Shown: positions 12,701 to 23,994 of the stretch, one piece after another
Layout: every line of letters begins with the position of its first letter
How positions within the stretch are numbered: position 1 is the first letter of the stretch
Origin: Mizuhopecten yessoensis
Taxonomy: Eukaryota
Assembly: GCF_002113885.1 (NCBI RefSeq)
Contig: NW_018406762.1
Span: 1,266,834-1,330,833 of the forward strand
Length of the DNA: 64,000 nt
Direction: 5' to 3'
Notes under the pieces: model-generated
What the model saw: the letters and a program-made list of their open reading frames with translations, nothing else
Database searches by the model: none
Told to the model about the DNA's origin: nothing
Position numbers and translations under genes: made by a program

Positions 12701-15700
12701 AATCCGGTGAGTAACAGGTCCCTAATTATCAGGTCCTCATTTCACTATACTCCTCCTCTTTGTGTAATATTTGTATCACATACTCTAACTTGTCCGTGAC
12801 ATGGGTTGTTTTGCATGTGTGATACTGTTAGCTGTTTACAGGCCATATCCCGGACCAATCCATATCTGCCTGGCTTGCACCATATCCATTTAACTTCCGG
12901 TCAAGACTTTCCAAAAACAAAATCACGTGTCAGATTGTTGGAATACATGCTGAATATCCATCTGTATCTAAGGTAGAATGTGATTATAGTTCAGCTCATG
13001 AAATATTAACTTCCTGTGTGTTTATTTATTATTATGCCCCTGGCATAAAATGGGGGGGGATATAGTGTTGCTCAGGTCCGTCGTGTCACGTCGTGTCCCG
13101 CCCCGTCCCATCCATAGGCGGGGGCATTTATGTCTTACAGACATTTTCTAGTTGCTTATAATTTTGATGTTATATGATAGAAGGGTTACCATATGACCTT
13201 TACCATATCCTACGTCAGTATCTGTCCTCGACCCATATCAGCCTTTGGGCCTCTGGTCCCTTGGTCTTATAAGGGAGTCTCGGGCTGATCATACGGAGTA
13301 GCCTCTGTTAATGGTCGTCGGATCATACGGAGTAGGCTATGGTAACGGTCGGCTGATCATACGGAGTAGGCTATGGTAACGGTCGGCTGATCATAGGGAG
13401 TAGGCTATGGTAACAGTCGGCTGATCATACGGAGTAGGCTATGGTAATGGTCAGCTGATCATACGGAGTAGGCTATGGTACAGTCGGCTGATCATACAGA
13501 GTAGGCTTTGGTAATGGACGGCTGATCATACAGAGTAGGCTATGGTAAAGGTCAGCTGATCATACAGAGTAGGCTATGGTAATGGTAGTAGGCTATGGTA
13601 ACGGTCGGCTGATCATACGGAGTAGGCTATGGTACAGTCGGCTGATCATACAGAGTAGGCTATGGTAATGGTCGGCTGATCATACAGAGTAGGCTATGGT
13701 AACAGTCAGCTGATCATACGGCGGAGGCTCTGGTACAGTCGGCTGATCATACAGAGTAGGCTATGGGAACGGTCAGCTGATCATACAGAGTAGGCTATGG
13801 TAACAGTCGGCTGATCATACAGAGTAGGCTATGGTTATGGTCGGCTGATCATACAGAGTAGGCTATGGTACAGTCAGCTGATTATACAGAGTAGGCTATG
13901 GTAACGGTCAGCTGATCATACAAAGTAGGCTATGGTAACGGTCGGCTGATCATACAGAGTAGGCTATGGTAACAGTCAGCTGATCATACGGAGGAGGCTA
14001 TGGTACAGTCGGCTGATCATACAGAGTAGGCTATGGTACAGTCGGCTGATCATATGGAGTAGGCTATGGTAACGGTCAGCTGATCATACAGAGTAGACTA
14101 TGGTAACGGTCAGCTGATCATACAGAGTAGGCTATGGTAAAGGTCCGCTGATCATGCGGAGTAGGCTATGGTAATGGTCAGCTTATCATACAGAGTAGGC
14201 TATGGAAACAGTCAGCTGATCATACGGAGGAGGCTATGGTACAGGTCGGCTGATCATACAGAGTAGGTTATGGTAAAGGTCCGCTGATCATACGGGGTAG
14301 GCTATGGTAATGGTCAGCTAATCATACAGAGTAGGCTATGGTAAAGGTCCGTTGATCATACGGAGTAGGCTATGGTAATGGACAGCTGATCATACAGAGT
14401 AGGCTCTGGTAATGGTCAGTTGATCATCCAGAGTAGGCTATGGTAATGGTCACCTGATCATACCGAGTAGGCTATGGTACAGTCGGCTGCTCATACAGAG
14501 TAGGCTATGGTAATGGTCGGCTCATCATTCGAGGTAGGCTATGGTAACGGTCAACTGATCATACGGAGTAGGCTATGGTAATGGTCAGCTTATGGTGCAG
14601 GGTAGGCTATGGAACAGCTGATCATACAGAGTAGGCTTTGGTACAGTCAGCTGATCATACAGAGTAGGCTGTGGTAATGGTCAGTTGATCATACAGAGAA
14701 GGCTATGGTACAGTCGGCTGATAATACAGAGTAGGCTATGGTACAGTCGGATGATCCTACAGAGTAGGCTATGGTACAGTCAGCTGATTATACAGAGTAG
14801 GCTATGGTAACAGTCGGCTGATCATACAGAGTAGGTTATGGTAAAGGTCCGCTGATCATACGGAGTAGGATATGGTAATGGTCAGCTGATCATGCAGAGT
14901 AGGCTATGGTAAAGGTCCGTTGATCATACGGAGTAGGCTATGGTAACGGTCGGCTGATCATACAGAGTCGGCTATGGTAACGGTCGGCTGATCATACAGA
15001 GTCGGCTATGGTAACGGTCGGCTGATCATACAGAGGAGGCTATGGAACAGCTGATCATACAGTGTAGGCTATGGTAACGGTCAGCTAATCATACAGAGAA
15101 GGCTATGGATCATACAGAGTAGGCTATGGTAGCGGTCGGCTGATCATACAGAGTAGGCTTTGGTACAGTCAGCTGATCATACAGAGTAGGTTATGGTAAA
15201 GGTCCGCTGATCATACGGGGTAGGCTATGGTAATGGTCAGCTGATCATACAGAGTAGGCTATGGAACAGCTGATCATACAGAGTAGGCTATGGTAACGGT
15301 CAGCTGATCATATGGAGTAGGCTATGGTAATGGTCGGCTGATCATTCGAGGTAGGCTATGGTAACGGTCAACTGATCATACGGAGTAGGCTATGGTTACG
15401 GTCAGCTGATCATACAGAGTAGGCTATGGTAACGGTCAGCTAATCATACAGAGAAGGCTATGGTAATGGTCGGCTGATCATACGGAGTAGGCTATGGTAA
15501 CGGTCAGCTGATCATACAGAGTAGGCTATGGTAACGGTCAGCTGATCATAGGGAGTAGGCTTTGGTAATGGTCAGCTGATCATACGGAGTAGGCTATGGT
15601 AACGGTCAGCTGATCATACGGAGTAGGCTATGGTTACGGTCAGCTTATCATACAGAGTAGGCTATGGTAACGGTCAGCTAATCATACAGAGTAGGCTATG

Positions 15701-16863
15701 GTAATGGTCAGCTAATCATAGGGAGTAGGCTATGGTAATGGTCAGCTGATCATATGGAGTAGGCTATGGTAATGGTCTGCTGATCATCCGAGGTAGGCTA
15801 TGGTAACGGTCAACCGATCATACGGAGTAGGCTATGGTTACGGTCAGCTTATCATACAGAGTAGGCTATGGTAACGGTCAGCTAATCATACAGAGAAGGC
15901 TATGGTAATGGTCGGCTGATCTTACGGAGTAGGCTATGGTAACGGTCAGCTGATCATACGGAGTAGGCTATGGTAATGGTCAGCTGATCATACTGAGTAG
16001 GCTATGGTAATGGTCAGCTGATCATACGGAGTAGGCTATGGTTACGGTCAGCTTATCATACAGAGTAGGCTATGGTAACGGTCAGCTGATCATAGGGAGC
16101 AGGCTTTGGTAATGGTCAGCTGATCATACGGAGTAGCCTATGGTAACGGTCAGCTGATCATACAGAGTAGGCTATGGTAACGGTCGGCTGCTCATACAGA
16201 GTAGGCTATGGTAACGGTCGGCTGCTCATACAGAGTAGGCTATGGTAACGGTCGGCTGCTCATACAGAGTAGGCTATGGTAACGGTCGGCTGCTCATACA
16301 GAGTAGGCTATGGTAACGGTCGGCTGCTCATACAGAGTAGGCTATGGTAACGGTCGGCTGCTCATACAGAGTAGGCTATGGTAACGGTCGGCTGATCATA
16401 CAGAGTAGGCTATGGTAACGGTCGGCTGCTCATACAGAGTAGGCTATGGTAACGGTCGGCTGCTCATACAGAGTAGGCTATGGTAACGGTCGGCTGATCA
16501 TACAGAGTAGGCTATGGTAACGGTCGGCTGATCATGTATGTTGTGTGTAAGTTTGGGTTATTTTTCAGGAAAAAAAAGAAGTACTCCGCTCTTAATTATA
16601 ATCTTTTGTTGTCTGTTTTTAGAGTATCAGATAAGAAGTCCAAGAATATGATGGGGAGTGACAACTTGTCTATAGTGTTCGCTCCAACCCTGATGCGGAG
16701 TCCCGATGCCAACCCCATGATCAGTCTTATGGCCGCCCAGTTTGAACAGAAATGTGTGGAACTCTTGCTGAATAACTATCGGGAACTGTTTTCCAGAATG
16801 AGCACACAAATCAGTGTTGACATACCAAGAGTCGATCCGTCTCGTCTGGTAGACCATGTGTGA
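679..16863 (+). CDS. CHN1: Chimaerin (N-/beta-chimaerin-like Rac GTPase-activating protein; SH2-C1-RhoGAP), 5'-partial, 11 coding exons
   Basis: Phase-consistent GT-AG exons: 679-734, 2481-2512, 5959-6072, 6473-6809, 8432-8503, 9207-9291, 10078-10251, 10576-10653, 11045-11182, 12595-12706, 16623-16863. The spliced protein ([82 protein letters not shown]) follows vertebrate chimaerin colinearly. An invertebrate gene is probably co-orthologous to CHN1 and CHN2. Confidence 0.95.
2481..2512 (+). CDS. CHN1: Chimaerin 32-nt exon ([11 protein letters not shown])
   Basis: Poly-T tract + AG, GTAAGT donor; resembles VENRPKYYGRE. Confidence 0.88.
3093..3555. repeat. Degenerate ~83-bp tandem repeat, 5-6 copies
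   Basis: ggtaaatgtggtaaa..cctcagaag..aaaccaga.acttgttgagttt recurs at ~82-85 bp spacing. Confidence 0.8.
3957..4592. repeat. 38-bp minisatellite, ~17 copies
   Basis: Unit CTGTCCCCTAAAACCCTGGCTGTACAGATAGTGCCAAT. Confidence 0.95.
4593..5219. repeat. 27-bp minisatellite, ~23 copies
   Basis: Unit TGAACTACGTGGATAAAGGGTATAATT. Confidence 0.95.
5959..6072 (+). CDS. CHN1: Chimaerin SH2 exon ([26 protein letters not shown])
   Basis: SH2 motif with the conserved Arg; AG/GT boundaries. Confidence 0.93.
6473..6809 (+). CDS. CHN1: Chimaerin SH2 C-terminal half and linker exon
   Basis: [35 protein letters not shown]; GTGAGT donor at 6810. Confidence 0.93.
7365..7570 (+). mobile_element. tRNA-derived SINE (degenerate)
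   Basis: A-box-like TAGCGCAGTGG, B-box-like GGTTTGATTCC, core GTGGGTTTTCTCCTGGTTCTCTGGTTCC; related copy on the - strand at ~41200-41340. Confidence 0.65.
7993..8212 (+). mobile_element. tRNA-derived SINE with (CAAA)n tail
   Basis: A box TGGCCAAGTGG, B box GGTTCGAGGC, core TTTTCTCCGGGAACTCCGG; probable TSD acacctttgtta / acacttttgtaa. Confidence 0.8.
8432..8503 (+). CDS. CHN1: Chimaerin exon, start of C1 domain (..EFEKAHNFK)
   Basis: EK.HNFK motif; AG acceptor, GTTAGT donor. Confidence 0.88.
9207..9291 (+). CDS. CHN1: Chimaerin C1 domain exon
   Basis: [28 protein letters not shown]. Confidence 0.95.
9278..9643. repeat. 31-bp minisatellite, 12 copies, spanning the C1 exon/intron junction
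   Basis: Unit GGTCAAATGTCAAG|GTGAGTCTAATGTACAA. Confidence 0.95.
10078..10251 (+). CDS. CHN1: Chimaerin exon, end of C1 and start of RhoGAP
   Basis: [40 protein letters not shown]. Confidence 0.95.
10576..10653 (+). CDS. CHN1: Chimaerin RhoGAP exon with arginine finger
   Basis: [17 protein letters not shown]; the donor GTCGAG is weak but in phase. Confidence 0.92.
11045..11182 (+). CDS. CHN1: Chimaerin RhoGAP exon
   Basis: [26 protein letters not shown]. Confidence 0.95.
11632..11956. mobile_element. Palindromic non-autonomous DNA element
   Basis: Internal inverted repeat (ttcatttcatctgagattttatgaaac / gtttcataaaagctcatatgaaatgaaa); related copies in Ly6 intron 2 (~30066-30635 and ~54497-55060). 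Confidence 0.55.
12018..12272. mobile_element. MITE (TIR catact[t]gcca..ttggcaagt[a/t]tg)
   Basis: Similar ends and subterminal sequence at a second copy ~17708-17915. Confidence 0.55.
12595..12706 (+). CDS. CHN1: Chimaerin RhoGAP exon
   Basis: [21 protein letters not shown]; GTGAGT donor. Confidence 0.93.
13030..13153 (+). mobile_element. Miniature Helentron/HINE-like element
   Basis: ttatgcccc..ggggatatag 5' subTIR, gtccgtc microsatellite, gcgggggcat, 3' hairpin and ctagtt end. Confidence 0.6.
13284..16535. repeat. 34-bp satellite, ~95 copies, in the last chimaerin intron
   Basis: Unit GCTGATCATACAGAGTAGGCTATGGTAACGGTC[G/A]. Confidence 0.97.
16623..16863 (+). CDS. CHN1: Chimaerin last coding exon
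   Basis: [34 protein letters not shown] stop. Confidence 0.93.
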
Positions 16864-17707
16864 TGAATACTCAAGAAGCTTGGAATTGTATATTATTGCA
16901 ATACATATATATGACTCAGAAGACTTTTATCAGTGCAAGAGTTTCATTGGGTCGGACAAAGTTTTATCAGTGCAAGAGTTTATGTGATGCAGATGTATTT
17001 CTCCGAATGTAAAGAATGATGCAGTGAACATTATTATGTAGAAATTTTTATTATAATCATGTTTGTAAACTGTTTTCAAAATCACACACATACATCATTA
17101 CATTCATGTTTCATAAGCTGTAGCAGGCTTTTATAACTGTATTATGGCAAATATTTGACGCAGCTCAACATTGGAACCTCCGCCCTTTGTTAGTAATGAG
17201 GACAAGGTTGTACTGTCATAGAATATGGGTACACCGACAGCTTGCTACATATTCTAGTACATCAGTATTGAAGAGAGAATCTAACACTGGGTGAATGTTA
17301 CCGTCGGGGGGCGAATATTTCACTGGACAGCTGTATACAGTATTTATTGAAAGTATTGACTATTTAACGCTCTAATCAGAAGTTTTAGATTATCCATGTA
17401 GCTACTGTTTCACCTGTATTAGTACATGGAATGATACATTCTCTGATGCTAGGCGAATAACTATGTGTGAACTTTGTCATTTTCCCTAGCATGAAAAGAC
17501 ATTTTCATTATTCTGTTGTTCAGTTTCATGTAATGTACTAATGCAATTATTGCCTCTTGTTGAGGAATCTTTGGGTATGGGTAGTAACGGTTCCTTCTCT
17601 TCAACACAGACACTATATAATAACTAATATCATAGTTCACTCATCAGAAGGTAATATTGAATTAGTAGTGTTTGGGAAAAAGTCAGCATCATCAGGTATA
17701 CTTATAG

Positions 17708-17915
17708 TATACTTGCCAATTTCTTTAAATTTCCATGGGGGAGATTACAGGAAAATTAACACTTTTAAATTGCATCAATTGAGCTGTTGCTTCAAGTACA
17801 ATTGTCAAATCTTAGAAAAAAGAAATATTTTAGCCGATTCACCGATTGAAAATACTCAATTTTAGGCTCCAAAATCGGGAGTCTCCATCCTAAATAGGGA
17901 GAGTTTGCAAGTATG
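17708..17915. mobile_element. MITE, same family as 12018-12272, in the probable 3' UTR
   Basis: atacttgccaa..ttgcaagtatg terminal inverted repeats. Confidence 0.55.
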
Positions 17916-18076
17916 CTTATTATACCTCTAATACTAATCTTCACCTCTAGCGATGTGTGTGATTTTAGCATTTATATGCTGAAGCTAAAATGTCCTGTGT
18001 TGGCTTTCAATTTTGCAAGCTTTGAACATTTGTGTTAATTTGACAAGATGTGGAATTTGTAATTCTACTGCTGATT

Positions 18077-18082
18077 AATAAA
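18077..18082 (+). terminator. Candidate chimaerin polyadenylation signal
   Basis: AATAAA ~1.2 kb after the stop; weak evidence in AT-rich DNA. Confidence 0.3.
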
Positions 18083-20409
18083 GACACAATCAAACTTAAA
18101 ACAGCTCCAAACAATCGTGTCCTTGAGAGAACAATTGGACAAATATGTATTTCTGAAGTTCAATGATTTACAGTTCATCTTTATACATATCTTGTATGAT
18201 ATGAAGTTTAATCTAATCACAGGGTTGAAAAGTTAAAATATATTAGTAGATTCAAATCACGACCTACATTTCTGGGATTACCTCTCCAGATAGAGATCAA
18301 AGGTTATCATCCATTGTTTTCCATTCTCTAAACCAAGTCTTGTGTTAGTTAGTCTCACATATTGTGTATTTTATAAAACCCCACGGTACATGTAGACGAC
18401 TACCTAGGTCTTACTGTTAACATTTATGGGTAAATCAGACAGTGGTAATCTAAATCCATTTAAAAAAAAATGCATACAAAGTCAAAGTTCCTCCCAGTCT
18501 CAAGAGATGAGATACAAACTGTAAGAGTGTTAAATATTTTTTTATCAAATTTCTTTTATTTTGTGGATCCAAAATTTTCTCTGAAAAATGTCCATTTGAT
18601 ATTGTTAAAATGGACCATTTCTCTCAATTTAAACAATGATTCAAAGAAAGTAAGATTGTGTGAATTATCAGTTCTTTGTACATTTCTTACAAATAGAACC
18701 AGACAGAAAAACACCCTCTTTAGAATTTGAGAAATTGTGTTTGTATACCCAGGAACCTAGATGTTAGAATCAAATTAAGGTTTAGCATGTAAAGTTAGCG
18801 TATGATAAAGTTGTTTTTCTTAAAGTGATAAATATATGAAGGAATCTAAGTCCGTATGTAGTTTGTATGGGAGACTATACAATGTCTGGTCCAGTGTGTG
18901 TGACCATCACAACAATGACAGAAACAGATGTCAAGTTGTACAACGTCAGAGCTGTGTTGACAGGCGGTTCAAACCCAATCAATTACCAAATCACCAATCA
19001 ATCAAACACCCAAGTCCTCTGGAAAGGATCCATCAATATGATGGGGAAAAAACCCATATAATCTGATTAAAAAAAACACTCATTTGCATACCGTGTTTAA
19101 ATACAATTCATTGATGACCTGTTTGTTTGAACATATGACCAATCAAATTTCTGTTTCATAAATGAACCAATGAGGACAAACCACTGAGAATGCAATATAC
19201 AAAAGTGACCTGAGTGAAAGGGCAGAGGTTTGAGATCAGGGTTTTCCTGAGAGTCAAAACATATCTCATTTACACCAGGGACTTGTAAACCTACGCAGAG
19301 TGTTAAATTTTGGGAGTCACAAAATGAACACACTTTGATGGTCGTCTGGAAGTGATGGAGTAATGTTTAAAGTCTGTCCAGGTTCTCTGCATCCCTGCTG
19401 AGTATAACACTGTAAAAGCTAGGACTGCACAAGACACAATATTCCTTCTGTGTACTATTTAGATGACATTCATTAGGTTGATGTCTTTTTCATAATTCGG
19501 TCACAATATTCACGTCGCAAGTGCAATAAAACTTGAAACTTTTCCCCAAGAAACTTTGGAATGATTGAAAATGTCCTATTGGAAAACAGTTGATAATTAT
19601 GTTTAGATGAGTTGTTTTTCTATAGGTGTATAACATGTAGTATATATTGTTGGCTGAAAGTAGAACACGTATTTTTGCAATTTGATAATTTGCAATTTGA
19701 TAAATCATTTATTCAGACCTCCTTGTTTTGTTATGTAGTTATATTTATTTTCCGTGTTTTAGAACAAGTTTTCAGTTTTTGTATGCGATGTTTAAATCAA
19801 GGTTTGCACCCTAGATTAATAGGTGCGACAGCCTCAGTAATCAAATTCACTTCCCGCCTATACAAACTGATCAAACTATTTACATTACATACATGTTAAC
19901 CTTTGAAGATTTGTTAAATGTTTTCTCGAAAAAAAATCAAATCACTTTGATTCACCACCATCTAAACCTAAATTTTTTCTATACTCCGAGTAGTGTTTGT
20001 GATTTTACAGACTATAGTTGAATTCTGTAGTATAGGCTGTATGTCAATCAATGCTGTACACCTGCTTAATATTTGCTTATGAAAAAAGAAATCATGTATG
20101 ATAATCAAAGGTACCTTGTTGCAAGATGTGTTTATATTCGCTTTATATATAGAAACTAAATCCATATATACATCGATCAAAGTTACCTGCTTGCTAAACC
20201 TTTTTATATTCACTTATGAAAAAGTGTCCATATATGTCAATCAAAATTATATGCTTGATAAATCTGGTTATGGTAGCTTACGGAATGGTTGTCCCGTGTA
20301 TAAACTGTAGTGGCCACTTATTTCACCTCTACGGGTGTGTCTGTCTGGTTAGCTCAAGTTTAGTGGGGTGCAATTATATGTGTCAGTATCATATACTCCA
20401 TACTTTTAG

Positions 20410-21160
20410 CTTTTTTTTCAGAGATGTCAAATGGCATTAACTAGTGCTTTACTAAAATTGTGAATTTCTTGACCCTGGGGTCTCACGTTTTCCCCTGGGG
20501 AGTGGGTAAACTTTACTATAGTTTATATAGGGAAATCACATTTTGGACCAACATTTGTTTAATTGCCATTGGAAGTAATTCAATTTAGGTTAGCATGATC
20601 AGTATTGGGTAGCAGTTTGATAGTATGCGCATATCAGCCCTGACTGACCCCCCGGGGCTAATGGGTGGGTGGGGCCAAAAAGGGTTGAATTGACTGAAAT
20701 TTCAAAAATCTTCTTCTCAAGACCCAGATATGGTAGAATCAAATACTCTTCATAGATGGAAGGGTCTTAAGGTGCTTTACCAAAATTGTGAATTTCNTAT
20801 GGTTTATAATGGCAAATGATACTTTGAATATTACATGTTGATAACTTGATTGGAATTATAACCCTAAGTTGACAGTTTGATACTTTGTAAATTTTGAGCC
20901 ATCCCTACCCCCAAGGGCTGTAGGGTGGGGCCCAATGGAGTCTGTGTGCTAAAATAAAATTTCTTCATTTTCCTTGTTTAGAATCAGAGGTGCTAGTTTC
21001 AAATACTTTTCAGTCTTAAATCTGCATGCTAGATATTGAATAAGGTGGTTTTATTGTTTTTTGTCACTTTGAATAATATTTCTGTTCATGTTAAAAACAA
21101 AAATCAACTCTCTGTATAAATATATCAGGTGACCGTTAAGGCCCATGGGCCTCTTGTTAA
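20410..21160 (+). mobile_element. Helentron/HINE-like element with internal degenerate repeats; contains an assembly N at 20797
   Basis: 3' end CAGGTGACCGTTAAGGCCCATGGGCCTCTTGTT; repeated gtgctttac.aaaattgtgaatttc. Confidence 0.65.
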
Positions 21161-21274
21161 ATGATAACTTACAGCATTTGCAGATTTACTGCGAATACAT
21201 TTACAACTTCATCTTTATTCCTTTAAAATTGAATATAAGTTCTAACAGTGTTTTTTTTTTATAACTCAAAGCAT

Positions 21275-21408
21275 TAAACACATAAACTTAGTGTACACTA
21301 TTGCCATGCTTTCCATTAAACACATTAACTCAGTGTACACTATTGCCATGCTTTCCATTAAACACATGAACTCAGTGTACACTATTGCCTTGCTTTCCAT
21401 TAAATACA
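21275..21408. repeat. 42-bp tandem repeat, 3 copies
   Basis: TAAACACATTAACTCAGTGTACACTATTGCCATGCTTTCCAT. Confidence 0.9.
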
Positions 21409-21963
21409 TCACATCTTGTTCATTTCATTCATCATTTCATGGAAGTTGTGTAGAATTATTAGATGTAACCATTTCATTTTATTACAGTATTTAATTGATA
21501 AAACATGTTATTGTGGACAGATCTATATTTTATGGTTATCATTTAAGCTAGCAATAACTTACATGTATCAATGGATTTGTTCGTTTTAGTGTTTATTGTT
21601 TATTGCGAGTTAAATTTACTGTATTCTACCAGTGGTTAGCCCGATGCCCCGATATAGTTCCCTTCTACAACCAAACGGAAACCCCTTTCCTAACCTGCAT
21701 CTTTTGATCAAATAAACCTGTTCTTAATCTATCGGTTTGGAGTTAGGTGTTTGGAGAAGATTTTATATGAGTAACCTCCCTTCACAGACTCCGTGAGTTA
21801 TGTCCCTTGACATACTTCACGCGTTATGTCCCTTTGTGCTTGTCACTGGTAGAATGCTAAGTTATGGACGCTACTTATTGACTTGTTTATGTGGGGGTGT
21901 CATTAGAGTATCGTGAATGTTGATATTGTTCTCAGATCTGTCAATAAACTTATATGTTCTTCA

Positions 21964-22545
21964 GAGACGTGATAACATTGGTTTGTTGTCTTTATACCCA
22001 AGTCAGGAGGAGACGTGATGACATGGTTTGTTGTCTTTATACCAAAGTTAGGAGGAGACGTGATGACACGGTTTGTTGACTTTATACCCAAGTTAGGAGG
22101 AGACGTGATGACATAGTTTGTTGTCTTTATACCCAAGTTAGGAGGAGACGTGATGACATGGTTTGTTGTCTTTATACCCAAGTTAGGAGATGTGATTACA
22201 TGGTTTGCTAGCTTTATACCCAAGTTAGGAGGAGACGTGATTACATGGTTTGTTGTCTTTATACCCAAGTTAGGAGGAGACGTGATTACATTGGTTTGTT
22301 GTCTTGATAACCAAGTTAGGAGGAGACGTGATGACATGGTTTGTTGTCTTTATACCCAAGTTAGGAGGAGACGTGATTACATGGTTTGCTAGCTTTATAC
22401 CCAAGTTAGGAGGAGACGTGATTACATGGTTTGCTAGCTTTATACTCAAGTTAGGAGGAGACGTGATGACATGGTTTGCTAGCTTTATACCCAAGTTAGG
22501 AGGAGACGTGATTACATTGGTTTGTTGTCTTTATACCCAAGTTAG
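21964..22545. repeat. 45-bp minisatellite, ~13 copies
   Basis: Unit GGAGGAGACGTGATGACATGGTTTGTTGTCTTTATACCCAAGTTA. Confidence 0.95.
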
Positions 22546-22711
22546 CATGAGACATGATTGTATATTCGTGATACATACATGTCAACTTTCAGAAATTCAA
22601 ATGGGGAAGAAAAGTGTGGGAGCAACATTTTTGACATTCAATATGAATTAAAATAAGAAACAACATATTGGTTCTTGGAAATAGAAAGATGATGTAACGG
22701 GAGATGTTAAA

Positions 22712-22790
22712 CGCACGGCCAGACTTGGATTCAAACTCGGAACCCTACAAACTAGACCGACACTCTATCATCAACTGAGCCACCTAATCA
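22712..22790 (-). mobile_element. tRNA-like head (SINE remnant or tRNA pseudogene)
   Basis: The - strand reads GTGGCTCAGTTGATGATAGAG..GAGTTTGAATCC (A/B-box-like). Confidence 0.45.
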
Positions 22791-22874
22791 CTTGTGAACA
22801 ACCCGGTCCTGTTCCACTCCAGTACTACGACAGAAATATAAACAATGGGCATGACGTACCATAACCTTCACTTA

Positions 22875-22965
22875 TTAACCCTTTCACCACTGTAGACTAT
22901 AATGGACTCATCCAGATGAATGTATGGTACAGTCTACTAAAGTTAACTAGGGGTGAAAGGGTTAA
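22875..22965. mobile_element. piggyBac-type MITE, ~91 bp including TTAA sites
   Basis: TTAA-CCCTTTCACC..GGTGAAAGGG-TTAA perfect TIRs; degenerate relative at ~2345-2422. Confidence 0.8.
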
Positions 22966-23994
22966 ATGCAAACAAACAAATGTAAATAGGCAATCACAAC
23001 ACCTCCAAATGACATTCTAGCGGACAAAGCAACTATAAAAGCTTAAATACATTGCATTAATTGTCACAATATATAATAGCCTTGTCTTTCAAGAAATTTC
23101 ATTGAAACATCCAGCAGCAATCATAACAAATATACTTAAATTCTGAACAAATTAATACTTAAATGGAATTAAAGATGTAGACATTTATAAAATAATATCG
23201 TTTCACGCCTCAAACAAGTACAAGTGTACAGCATTGACTAGCCAGATCAATGGTATCGGGAAATTAGATTAGATGCTATCTATGTCCGTGATGGTATTGA
23301 TTAAATAATTTTACAGCTTTAAATAACAACTTGACACTAAACAACCTAATGTAACTTTAACAATAATATAACATTCTTACGTATCCATGTAATACACCAA
23401 CTCTTAACAATAAAATATATCAAATGTTAACATTTACATAATGTCAATAATATGATCTGTATTGGTGAAAATAAAGATAAACATATTTTACTCTATATTA
23501 ATTTAAGTATAGATCTGTTTCAAGTGTCCCTATATATAGCTATCTGAGGTTCAGCGGTTGCCAATCTGTGGTTCGTAAACCCATATTGATGTGATGGCCA
23601 TTACAGGAAAACTTGCAGGAGTTTTGCCCCAGGAATACCATGCTGAGCTGGAAGTGGAGCTTTCGGACTATTGTGTTACTCCTGGCAACGATCTTCCACG
23701 TTACATTCCTAGAAAGACTCGTTCGGTTTGGTTTGGTTTGGTTGTGCCTTACCTCCCATTAACAGCTATGGTGATGGAAGAAAACCAGAGTATCTGGAAA
23801 AACCACCGACAACAGCCAAGACAATGTAACACTGGTAATGCAGTGCTCTTCTTGCGACTGAAGAGACAAATAGAAGTCACCTATTAGGATATTTCCAATT
23901 CTCTCTCGCCTTCCTAGAACATTATCCTTGGTGTGAAAATAGAAATAGAAATCCAATTAACAATTTATTGACTGTATACCACGAGATGACCATC

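Noticed and set aside
18836-19066. Short protein-like ORFs
   Set aside because: No recognisable domain or splice context; the CAAT/CAAA-rich end looks like a decayed SINE tail.
21903-22651. Repetitive ORFs on both strands (VITSPPNLGIK..)
   Set aside because: By-product of a 45-bp minisatellite whose indels shift the frame.
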